A stretch of DNA of 64,000 nucleotides. Source: Octopus vulgaris (lineage: Eukaryota). Made by a program: the position numbers and the translations under genes. A model generated the notes under the pieces. That model did no database searches, had not been told where the DNA came from, and saw only the letters and a program-made list of their open reading frames with translations. Positions 51,332-64,000 of this stretch are shown piece after piece. Where the stretch lies: the NCBI GenBank assembly GCA_951406725.2, contig OX597823.1, positions 71,176,001 through 71,240,000 of the forward strand. The letters are read 5' to 3'. Each line of letters begins with the position of its first letter. Within the stretch, counting starts at the first letter, position 1.

Positions 51332-52594
51332 TGTGTGTGTGTGTGTATATATAAGTGAGTTTTCAGCTATTACAGCGTGTATACATCTTTCTGGAACATC
51401 ATGTACATGAATGTGTGTGTGTATGTATGTGTGTGCGTTTGTGTATGTATGTATGTGTGTGCGCGCGTGCGTGCGTATGTATGTATGTCAAAGAGAGAGA
51501 GAGGATTTGAAAGACACATTTAGTGAATCCTTGAAGTAATACCCAACTATTTGTTAATGTAGCCCTGACTCTAGCTAATAGTAATATCACGTTCAGCTAA
51601 TCTTTTTGTAGACCTCAGCACACTAATCCTAATTATATATGTGTGATGTTTATGTCTTACGTGTGTGAGTGTGCGTTGTGTGTGCGTATATGTGTGTGTG
51701 TGCGTATATGTGTGTGTGTGCGCGCGCACATACATGCGTAGTGATTACTTCCCATTCCTCTGGATACTAAATATGGCTGTATAACCGTTTACAGAATAAA
51801 ATACGTTTGCTCTTTTAAAAGAGTCAAAATCATTTTTACAATTCGTATTTTATTTAATTCTAGAAGTGTTGAACACTACATATAGCAACACATTTTTATC
51901 CCCACATCTGTAGCTGCTCAAACCATTTGTATATCCTTTCGGCTAAATAGACAACTGATCTTATCGCATCATTGGCTCTGATGTTTCTCTTGTCATGACA
52001 TCCGACTTTCAATAATTTATTGTATCTATTGAAATGTTATTTGAACGGACAGATCTTTTCTGTACGAAAGTGGTTGCTATTTGCACTGGTGAGCACAAAT
52101 AAAATCGTTTGGCAAAATTCACTATCAACAGATATTTCATCCAGTAGACGAGATGTAGTTTAACAGAGTAAAGAGCAAATATAACCTCTTGCACTACTCA
52201 GTTGTAACAGATAAGATACAGGCAAAGATCACAAGAAACTTTGGAAAATAAATACTCACATTTTTTATTACCTGTCACCTGAAATAGATAAGATGACTAT
52301 ACTCCAATAATACTGGAGATACTTTGCACCATTAACGATTTCCTATTTTTATTTTTACATTATTTTGAAAAACTTTAGATATGACAATTTACCGAAGATT
52401 TTAAAATCTCTCAAACTGCTTCGTTTCTCATTTGTAGTATGTTTCGTTTCTTCAGAAAACGGAATGAACGTCCTAGTTTTCCCATAAAGACTATTTTAAT
52501 CTAAAGACTGTAAACTGTTACACCAAATGCTTCGCTGAAAGTTGCTGAAAATACCAAGGTGTTCGCGGATTTGAAGTCAGATAAATGGAATCAG

Positions 52595-53024
52595 GGATCT
52601 TTTCGGTTTGAACGGCAGTTTTTTCTAGCGGTGTCATATGAAATTGTCACCCATAATTATGACCCTAGTATCGATCTATTGCATTTCAATCTGTTTTAGA
52701 GTTAGGGTTAGGATTAGGGTTAGGGGTGGTGGGAAGGGTATCTTTTTTTTTCTTCAGAAATGTAAATAAACCCAATCTGTTTCTTAAACGAGGTACATAT
52801 TCATACGGCACAGAATGTTTTCACCTCAATAGACGTCAGTGATTGGCTGAAATTGCAGAAATTGAAGAAAAAAACAACAAATATCTTACAAACTATAGAA
52901 TTTTCTCAATAAAGCCAAGAGAAAAAGATGTTTTATAAACACATTCTACCAGTGTACGAAGTTTAAAAGTGTTTAGTTACGTGGAAATTATTTTCAAAAA
53001 CTGCCGTTCAAACCGAAAAGATCC
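52595..53024. mobile_element. MITE with ~29-bp TIRs and an 8-bp TSD (Merlin-like termini)
   Basis: GGATCTTTTCGGTTTGAACGGCAGTTTTT / AAAAACTGCCGTTCAAACCGAAAAGATCC; TSD GGAATCAG at 52587-52594 and 53025-53032; internal TTAGGG repeats. Confidence 0.9.
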
Positions 53025-53409
53025 GGAATCAGTTCACTGTACAGAGGAAGTAAAATAACCTTGTGTTGGGGTCGATTTGCTCGACTAAATGCGGTGCTCC
53101 AGCATGGCCACAGTCACATGACTGAAACAAGTAAAAGTGTAAAGAGTAAAAAAAGAGTAAGAATAACAGTTTATGATAATTTTGATCAATAGAAGGAAAC
53201 TAAGTTCATTTGCTCGAATCCGTAAAAAAGAATAAAGAAAAGCCGGAAGTGATTTGTACTGTTAACATTTGCTGTATTTTGTGTTATATATGATCGCTCA
53301 CGGCTTTCATATATTGAAAGTCATATGTATGTTAATCTTTACATAGATGTACCGCAAGCAGCATTATTCTAATTTCGAAAACAAAAATAAACTTTGAAAC
53401 ATATCTCTT

Positions 53410-53830
53410 CTCTTTTATCTCTTTTACCTGTTTCAGTCATTTGACTGCGGCCATGCTGGAACACCGCCTTTAGTCGATCAAATCGACCCCAGGACTTATT
53501 CTTTGTAAGCCTAGTACTTATTCTATCGGTCTCTTTTGCCGAACCGCTAAGTTACGAGGATGTAAACACACCAGCATCGGTTGTCAAGCGATGTTGGGGG
53601 GACAAACACAGACACACAAACACACACACACACACACACACACATACATATATATATGCATATATACGACGGACTTCTTTCAATATCCGTCTACTAAATC
53701 CATTCTCAAGGCTTTGGTCGGCCCGAGGCTATAGCAGAAGACACTGCCCAGGGTGCTACGCAGTGGGACTGAACCCGGAACCATGTGGTTTGGTAAGCAA
53801 GATACTTACCACACAGACACTCCTGCGCCT
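53410..53830 (-). mobile_element. SINE family A copy
   Basis: Homologous to 10387-10825; a separate 3' fragment lies at ~53065-53160 (+). Confidence 0.9.
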
Positions 53831-54202
53831 ATAATGCAAATTTGCAATAGAAATTCATTTAAATGTAAAACAGAATTATGTGTAGTTACACAAGAATTAT
53901 AAGTCGGGACACACTGTAGTTATACAACATTAAGTTCACATGTGCACATACACACATCGCGGGAAACTTACAAAACTTACAAAACCCAATAATGGTAGAT
54001 ATGTGCTAATGAAAAGTTCTTCACAAACACTCTGATATGTTAAATCAATTTATTTGAGAAAGTATTTGCTGCAATGATATATTTGAGAAAATAGTGTTTA
54101 ATATCTACTTCATACATAGAGATGATTTTCTTATTGTGAAATAAAAAGGAATAATGTTACTGTTTAACGGTTATTTTGCATAACTTAAGCAAAAGATTAA
54201 TA

Positions 54203-55429
54203 TACAAGGGAGTGTCAAAAATTACACGCACTCTTGTTTTTCAACGTATTTACACAAAAGCAGAGGATAAACAGGTAGGTCATTTTTTATATAGTTTCCT
54301 TCCTTTTCGGTGCCCTCGGTCCAGTGGTCCACAAGCTTACGAATTCCCTCCCAGAAGGTTTTCTGTTGGTCGTGCAACTATTTAAGCACCTCTTTCTTCA
54401 CATTTTCATCTATAGGAAACCAACGACTTTGTAAACCATCTTTGAGCGTTTCAAAGATATGATATCAGAAGGGGCGAGATCGATCTGGGCTGTAGGTAGG
54501 GTGTTCTAGCAACTCAAAACCCAGTTGGTTAATGGTTTCAATGGTCTGGGCGGCCGTGTGTGGGCGTGCATTGTCATGCAACAACAAAACTTTCTTCGAC
54601 AATAGGCTTCGGCGTTTGGTGCGAACTACTGGTTTCAGTTTATTGACCAGCCCAGCAAAGCACCATATTTTGCATTGTTGATTCTACACCCCTTTTCCAG
54701 GTAGTCTTCTAGTATAAGCCCTTTTGAGTCCCAAAACAGGGTTAACATAACCTTTTCCGCGCAAGACTGAGTCTTGAATTTTTTCGTCGCTGGTGAGCCA
54801 GGATGTTTCCATACTCTGTCTTCTGGATTCTACCTCATAATGATGGACCCACGATTCATCTCCTGAGACTATTCCGTTCAAACTTTCCTCGCTCTCATTG
54901 TTGTAGAGATTGAATAAACGCTGGCAGACCTCGAGACGTTTGCGCTTGTGCTCTGTAGTAAGCTCTCTTCGCACCCATCTTACACAGACTTTATGGAAGC
55001 CGAGCTCATTCTGGATGATTTGATAAGCAGAACCATGACTAATCTGCAGAGACCGAGCTACCTCATCGACGATAACTCACCGGTTCACTATTACCATCTC
55101 TCGAGCTTGCTGGATTTTCTCGTCAGTGGTGGAGGTTGACGGGCGTCTCCGTATAGTGCTAAAAGCCTCTGATGAATTTTAGCACCTGACATACCTTTCG
55201 ACCAGAAGAATCGGATCATAGCTCTTTGTTCTTCTTTGGTGCACATTGCTAGTGGAGCGGCCATGTTTACGCTATAAACCCAAACAGAAAAATGGCGCGA
55301 TCAGGCTCAAACTTCGATCACGTAACCACAATAGTACCAACCATAAGCACGCTTGCGCAGAAGGCAGTGTGACAATAATATAGATATGTTATGGCGAAAG
55401 TACAGATAATTTTTGACTTCCCCCTCGTA
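54203..55429 (-). mobile_element. Degenerate full-length mariner element (~1.2 kb)
   Basis: TIR-like TACAAGGGAGTGTCAAAAATTA / TAATTTTTGACTTCCCCTCGTA; IVSGDESWVHHYE and HDNARPHTAA motifs. Confidence 0.9.
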
Positions 55430-55451
55430 GAATATATCAATATATCAATAT

Positions 55452-55910
55452 TGGTTTCAAATTTTGGTACAAGGCCAGCAAATTCGGGGAAGGGGGTAAG
55501 TCGATTACACCTGCCCCAATGTTAAACTGGTACTTATTTTATCGACCCCGAAAGGATGAAAGGCAAAGTCAACCCCGACGGAATTTGAACTCAGAACGTA
55601 AAGACGGACGAAATGCTACTATGCATTTCACCCGGTGTGTTAGCGATTCTTCCAACTTGCCACCTTATATCAACGTTAATATTATAACAACGAAGTAAGT
55701 CGGTGAGCTGGCAGGATAGTTTGCACACCGGGCGAAATACTCAGCAGCATTTTGTTTGTCTTTACGCTCTGTGTTCAAACTCCACGGGTGTCGATTTTGC
55801 GTTCCATAATTTCGAGGTCGTTAAGGTAAGTACAAATTAAACACTGGGGTCGATATATTCAACTTACACTAATTCCCAAACTTACTGGCCTTGTCTAAAA
55901 GTTGAAACCA
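55452..55910. mobile_element. Head-to-head pair of SINE family C copies (55452-55665 minus; 55700-55910 plus)
   Basis: Both carry the family C head and central domain, in opposite orientation and ~35 bp apart. Confidence 0.85.
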
Positions 55911-56129
55911 TTTATAACTACGGAGGGCAACTAATATAGCAATTCAAAATCTTTTTAAATAGAAGAGTTAAAGCAATATAAAAGTCGATATTGATGCGTA
56001 AAATTATTTAAAATACATTACGCTTGTCGCTAAACTTTAATTTCTTTTAGATAATATACTATTTCAAAATAAATTGTATACTAATGTACGCATAATTATA
56101 TTATACACTTTAATTTCTTGTATTTTTGA

Positions 56130-56340
56130 TCTTACATCTTTTACTTCTTTCAGTCATTTGACTGCGGCCATGCCGGGGCACCGCCTTGAAGAGATTTCGT
56201 GGAACAAATCGACCACAGGACTTATTTCTTTTTAGTCCTAGAACTTATCATATCGATATCTTTTGCCGAACCGCTAGGTTACGTGAACCTACTGGTTGTC
56301 AAGTGGGGAATGCGCAAACACAGACACAAAGACAAACAAA
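56130..56340 (-). mobile_element. SINE family A 3' half
   Basis: TTTCAGTCATTTGACTGCGGCCATGCCGGGGCACCGCC...TTTTGCCGAACCGCTAGGTTACG. Confidence 0.8.
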
Positions 56341-56341
56341 A

Positions 56342-56388
<47 letters not shown>

Positions 56389-57958
56389 GAGAGAGAGCGA
56401 GAGAGAGTAGTTGAAAAGACAGCGTCTATTTCTAATTCAGCACGTGGCAAGGTACTTAGCTGACCCCTGATTATAATTATGTATATAATTATAGAAAATT
56501 TATATATGTATATAAATGTATAGGTCTTCAACGGACCAATTACTGATTACCATATTTCTAATGCAGAGAAATAGAAATAAATGGAAGGAAAGGAGAGAGA
56601 GAAGGGAGGAGCAGAAGGGAGAGAGGGGGGAGAGAGACAGAGAGATAGAGATGGGGAAGAGAAACAAGTTAATGCACTTAACGCAATATAGAACATGGCA
56701 AGGGTTATCGTTCGCAAAGTACCAATATCTGGTTTTCTAGCTGTTGCTTACATCCTTTGATGACATGCATCAGTGAACACGTAGGAGATACTTGCTAAAA
56801 GTATCACGCAGTAATGCTTTTTGTTTTTTACTCTTGAGCCATGTAAGCTCTCGTGTTAATACCAAAGAATTATATGGACGCTAACGGGTCAAAATGTTCA
56901 GTGAAAAATTTTTAAATCTATTCTCATTTCACTGAGAAACATATATAAACAAATCTTTAAAACACATTACTGAAACAAACCTATAATTGCATTATCCAAT
57001 ACTGAAACACAGAAGTAGTAAAATAAACAGGAAAAACAGAATAGTCCAGTATGTTTGAGTGATACTATCCATTACAAAAAAGCAAAGAAACTATAAAAGA
57101 TGTCACATCTAACAGGTCTTTTACATTTTTACCGGGATAGCAGATTATAGTTAAACCACACCGGATATTATCAAAATGGTTTCGAGGTTTGTTTTGCCAA
57201 ATTTTATCTTAGGATATCATTAACAGGTGTTTTCAGCCGTAATGATTTGTTTGGCTTTACTTAATGGTATAAAAAGAAAAACGATAGATTTAAAATGTTA
57301 GAAATAAGTGATTATTTTAATTTCATGCGTGTATTTCATTTATTCGACTTATTTTAATGAGAAAATTACTCATGCCAACATTATAACTAAGTCAACTGCT
57401 TAGATATAGCTTAATACCAAAATTGAAAACAGTTTAAAAGACATAAAACAAATCTATGCAACCAGCATAAAAGCATTCTATGGTATGCATTCATCGTTAA
57501 GCTTTGACACATATGAGATTGGGTAAATGATAGATTCATTTGCTTTTGCGAAAATTGCGAACAAATGTGATTTTTCGGTAGGCGTTTCATATATATGTTG
57601 TTGCTGTTAGTGTTATTGTAGATCATTTTAATATTAATAACACTGTTATCAATCGTTATTCCGTTTAGGGTGATGTGGTAGCAACAAAGTAGTATAATAA
57701 CCAAATTGAAGTTGCGCTGTTGCTCTAAGTGAATTTTTTTATTCTGGTAGTTTTATCGTCTCATTATTTTCTCGGCTGGATGAAAAAATTCCTTCAGAAC
57801 AGAACGCAGGTTCGTCTGAAATAGCTGCAAATGCAGGGGAATTATGTCGACACCAGGCAGCAAAAAAGGTACTACATTTACTACCTGAATAATGTTATGT
57901 AGGTTCGTACTTTATTCCAGTGAATCCGGAAGAATGAACGGCAAAGAAGATTTCGGTG

Positions 57959-58050
57959 TACAGTAATCCCTTGCCATATCGCGGTTCACCTATCGCGGTT
58001 TATCATTTAAGCTTATGTCGATTCCTCCTTGGTGTTATTTTACATTTATA
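57959..58050 (+). mobile_element. pogo/Tigger-like transposon end, interrupted by a Helitron
   Basis: TA-CAGTAATCCCTTGCCATATCGCGGTTCACCTATCGCGG terminus. Confidence 0.5.
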
Positions 58051-58057
58051 ATAAAAC

Positions 58058-59210
58058 TAGCTTAAGGTGACCCGCTCTATGCGCGTGTAAGAGTGTGGTT
58101 GCTACTTTCTGTTGCTTCCTTTCTGCTTTTTATCAACACATTCTCCCTCTTTACTTCTCTCTCCTTTCTCTCTTACTTTCCCAGTCTCTTACTCTTCCTT
58201 TCTTTCGGACTCGCCCTCGTTTTCTCTTACTCTCTATCTCTCTCCCATTTATAAACAACAAAAGATCTTAAGTAATTTGAGAAAGAAAATATTTTGAAAG
58301 TAAGCAGGACTTCCTGGAGAATTCCAAGGAGGGGAAGAAGGACTTCCTAGAAAGTCCGAGGAGGGCGAGGAAGGACTTCCTGGAAAGTCCGAGGAGGGGA
58401 GGAAGGACTTCTTGCAAAAGTTCGAGGAGGAGGAAGGGAAGGATGGAGGGGAAGGACTTCTTGAAAATTTAGAGGAAGGGTGAGTGGGACTTCGTGGAAA
58501 AGTCCGTGGAGGGGGTAGTAAGGGGAGGAGGGATGGAAGGACTTCTTAGACAAGTTCGAGGAGAGGGAGGAAGGACTTCCTGAAAAAGTGCGAAGATGGG
58601 GATGAAGGACTTTCTGGAAATGTCCGAGGAGAGGAGGAAAGGGAGGAGTGGGAGGAAGGACTTACCGGAAAATTCCGCGGAGGGGACTTCCTGCAAAAGT
58701 CTGAGGATGGAGAGGAAGAGGAGGAAAGACTTCCTGGAAAAGCCCGAGGAGGGGTAGAAAGGCCTTCCTGGAAAAGTCCTAGGAAGGGGAAGAAGGGGGA
58801 AGGACTTACTGGAATTGAGTGTCATTGTTCGTAGCTCGTGCTCTTGAAATTACAACATATAATTGGCCATGAGTAAATACCGGTTGAGGCAAATGTATTC
58901 CAACTTTTTCAAATGTTTGCCCTTGAATCTTATTGTCATTGAATATACAAGTCGAAGTGGAAACTGAAGTCTGTTTAGTGTGAATGGAATATTTGCATCA
59001 CTTGGGCTAAGTTTAATTCTGGGAATTTTTTCCATTTCTTCTGGCGTGCAGTTGTTGAAAATTTCTGGATAGAAATGTACAAATTGAAATGCAAAAGAAC
59101 GAAATAATAAATGAAAGTTTGGTAATTGCGTTTATTTCCACCACGCAACACCTATTATTGAAAACATGTTTTAACTAACCTATACTATACACACGCACAA
59201 ATACATTCAA
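58058..59210 (-). mobile_element. Helitron with a PIF1-like helicase C-terminal remnant and internal minisatellite
   Basis: IPRIKLSPSDANIPFTLNRLQFPLRLVYSMTI, frameshifting to KIQGQTFEKVGIHLPQPVFTHGQLYV; 3' CTAG at 58058 preceded by a GC-rich hairpin-like segment. Confidence 0.85.
58305..58815. repeat. Purine-rich ~30-40-bp minisatellite (GGACTTCCTGGAAAAGTCCGAGGAGGG...)
   Basis: About 14 diverged units visible. Confidence 0.9.
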
Positions 59211-61599
<2,389 letters not shown>

Positions 61600-61600
<1 letters not shown>

Positions 61601-61835
61601 CAACAAGGGAGGGTAAAGTTAATTAGTTATTAATCAATTTCATCAAGTGTTCAGTATGTAAAGGGACCAATATATATATATATATATTACAATTAATAAG
61701 AGTAATGACCACTAAAGTGGATTCCTATACGCTAGAGACAGACATCAAATCGCCTTACCACAAAGAGTGTGTTCCCAAGAAAGAAAACCAGCAAAAGCCA
61801 GAGAACACACTCTTTGTGGTAAGGTTATTTGATGT
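61600..61835 (-). mobile_element. Truncated third member of the hammerhead-retroelement family, with a short 5' inversion
   Basis: GCTAGAGACAGACATCAAATCGCCTTACCACAAAGAGTGTGTTC aligns with GCTAGATATAGACGTCAAATCGCCATTCTCCACAAAGATTTTGTTC (46214-46259); inverted repeat 61742-61773 / 61803-61835; its 3' end runs into a TA-rich array. Confidence 0.65.
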
Positions 61836-62029
61836 TGATTGTGAGTTAATATTATTCTCGTGTGATAATGAAAAGTGAAAATGACAGCCAATATTTGCTG
61901 TGTTTATGGATCTATGTATGAACTGTCTCTCTCACTTTTTCTCTTTCTCTTCCTTTGTATCCCTCTTCTCTCCCGCTTTTGATTAAACAATGTGTATATG
62001 TATCTATGTGTCTACTTCTCTTGCGATGT

Positions 62030-62524
62030 GATAAACATTTAAAAACACAAAACAAACGCCGTCACCACTCACTGTCTCTTTAACTCTCTTTCTCTCTCTC
62101 TTTCCCTTTGACTTTGACTTTTTCTCACTCTCTTTCTTTCTCTCTTACGTCCTCTCTGAAGCATTTAAAAACACAAAACGAACGCCGTCACCGACCACTC
62201 ACTGTCTCTTTCATTCTCTCTCACTTTCTCACTTTCTCTCTCATTCTCTCCCACTCTCTCACTTTCTCACTCATTTTCTTTATTTCTCTTTTACATTCCT
62301 CTCTGAAACATTTAAAGGCACAAAACGAACGCCGTCACCACTGATGTCGCTTTCACTCTCTCTCTTTCTCTATCACAGTCTGACTTTCTCTCTCACTCTC
62401 TCTTTCTCTCTCACACTCTATTTCTCTCTCACACTCTTTCGCTTCCTCTCTCTTTCTCTCTTACTTCTTCAACATCTTTAGACCAAATATTTCACTCCAC
62501 CTAAGTCAATCGTCTGCTGCTAGT
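62030..62524 (+). repeat. Three repeats of AAACATTTAAAAACACAAAACGAACGCCGTCACCAC with CT-rich spacers; possible Helitron ending CTAG at ~62520
   Basis: Copies at ~62033, ~62158 and ~62306. Confidence 0.55.
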
Positions 62525-63121
62525 ACAAAAAAAGAAACTTTATTTGTAATATCTCATCAATACATACCAGCAAATTAATAGCGGGGCACTCATTAAATCA
62601 AATCGGTTGCATTAGTAAAATAAACATAATATCAAAAAGTATGCCACGAACAATGCGAAGACAAGCTGTTAATTCACGCTCCCATAATCCCAATGTATAA
62701 ACTGTGTGTTGCATATCATAACTTTCTCTCCAGCCAACAGACAAATGGAAAGAAAGGAGTTAAAAGATTTATTGATAACCATTTAATCATCGAATATACC
62801 TAAGGCAGATGAGGCGTAAAAACGATACTCTCTAGAAAATACGAGTTGATGACTGGAAAAACTGAATTCCGAAGGAAAAAAACTCTCGAATTAGCAGGAA
62901 AAAGTGACACACAGCTATATTACCAACAGGTTTCTAAATACCAACAACACAGATACTGGTGTAGAAGGAATAAGCATTCACAATATTATGGAATAATTAT
63001 AGAAATATCAAAGATATACAAACGGAATAAACGAATATAAAACACATAAAGTAAGTTAGTGTGCTACGGGCGGAAGTGAGTTCTGAGATTTTTTTCTTCA
63101 TTGTTAATCAGTCATAATTAT

Positions 63122-63355
63122 CTATTTCTTTACTACCCACAAGGGGCTAAACACAGAGGAGACAAACAAGGACAGACAGACGGATTAAGTTGATTATATC
63201 GACCCCAGTGCGTAACTGGTACTTAATTTATCGATCCCGAAAAGATGAAAGGCAAAGTCGACCTCGGCGGAATTTGAACTCAGAACGTAACGGCAGACGA
63301 AATACCGCTAAGCATTTCGCTCGCCGTGCTAACGTTTCTGCCAGCTTACCGCCTT
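63122..63355 (-). mobile_element. Full-length SINE family C (long-tail variant) with TSD
   Basis: Same as the 40692-40925 unit; flanked by the direct repeat TAATC.GTCATAATTATC. Confidence 0.9.
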
Positions 63356-64000
63356 AATCGGTCATAATTATCAAGGACAAGCAAAAAAAGGTGGGGGGAT
63401 AAAAAGTGCACTGTTGTAGAACTTAGTAATTGTTTAATTCACAAACATCATTTTTATCTAATCCCGTCTCACTCCTACCATAAAGAAACATGAATAATAT
63501 CTTCTTTCAATCCAATTCTGACGATACCCTTACAAGCAGGATTGTGAACGTCAATCTTCAATGCTCCACCAACCATTGCCGAAGCACATTTCTTACTTTA
63601 ACTGCTTTCATACACCAGTACGATGCTGTACAGAGCCTCGCTCACGAGTTAGGATTACTGACAAAAGCAATATCTTGGAATTATCGGCGGCAAACCAATG
63701 TAATTTTTTCTTGCAATCATGAGTGCGTAAATTATCGAGAAGATAAATAATCTCAGTCTAATAGTCCTCAGCACTTAACTCAGGAACCTCAGTACATTAC
63801 CCTCTCTTTAAGCGTTATTAACACAGCAAATCGTTTGTAGTCATTAGAGCTACTGCGTAATAATTGGTCAGAAGGTTTTCTAATTGAGCAATTAACCAGA
63901 CACGCGCTCGCACATTTACATAGATGTATTGTTTACGTATGCGTATAAATTCACAAACACACACATGTATATATATGTATATGTTTGTGTGTCTGTGTAT

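Noticed and set aside
51900-52285. Possible minus-strand exon after an acceptor at ~52278
   Set aside because: All frames contain stops within about 30-60 codons and no recognisable protein; at most a micro-exon that cannot be supported.

Overview
AT-rich, microsatellite-saturated eukaryotic (metazoan) DNA. The SINE families and repeat landscape look like an octopus/coleoid cephalopod genome; this is inferred from recognition, not verified. Almost all ORFs in the supplied track are translations of (TA)n/(CA)n/(AAT)n repeats. The real content is mostly transposon debris: CR1-like, Hero-like, R4/Dong-like, RTE, Tx1/L1-like and Penelope-like retroelements, a Gypsy LTR-gag fragment, several Tc1/mariner relics, Helitrons, MITEs and three tRNA-derived SINE families. 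There are also two probable terminal coding exons of host genes: a class-B/adhesion GPCR-like C-tail at 15570-15797 (+) and an unidentified one at 45819-46014 (-). The most interesting signal is a set of at least 7 type I hammerhead-ribozyme motifs. Two lie in related ORF-less units of about 510-560 nt (1164-1781 and 46171-47056; a third relative is at 61600-61835). These units occur as 1.1- to 1.5-mer partial tandems, two with 5' inversions, inserted into (TA)n microsatellites. This suggests a non-autonomous, retrozyme-like or Penelope-dependent family that targets TA microsatellites. Coordinates of degenerate repeats were read by eye and are approximate.
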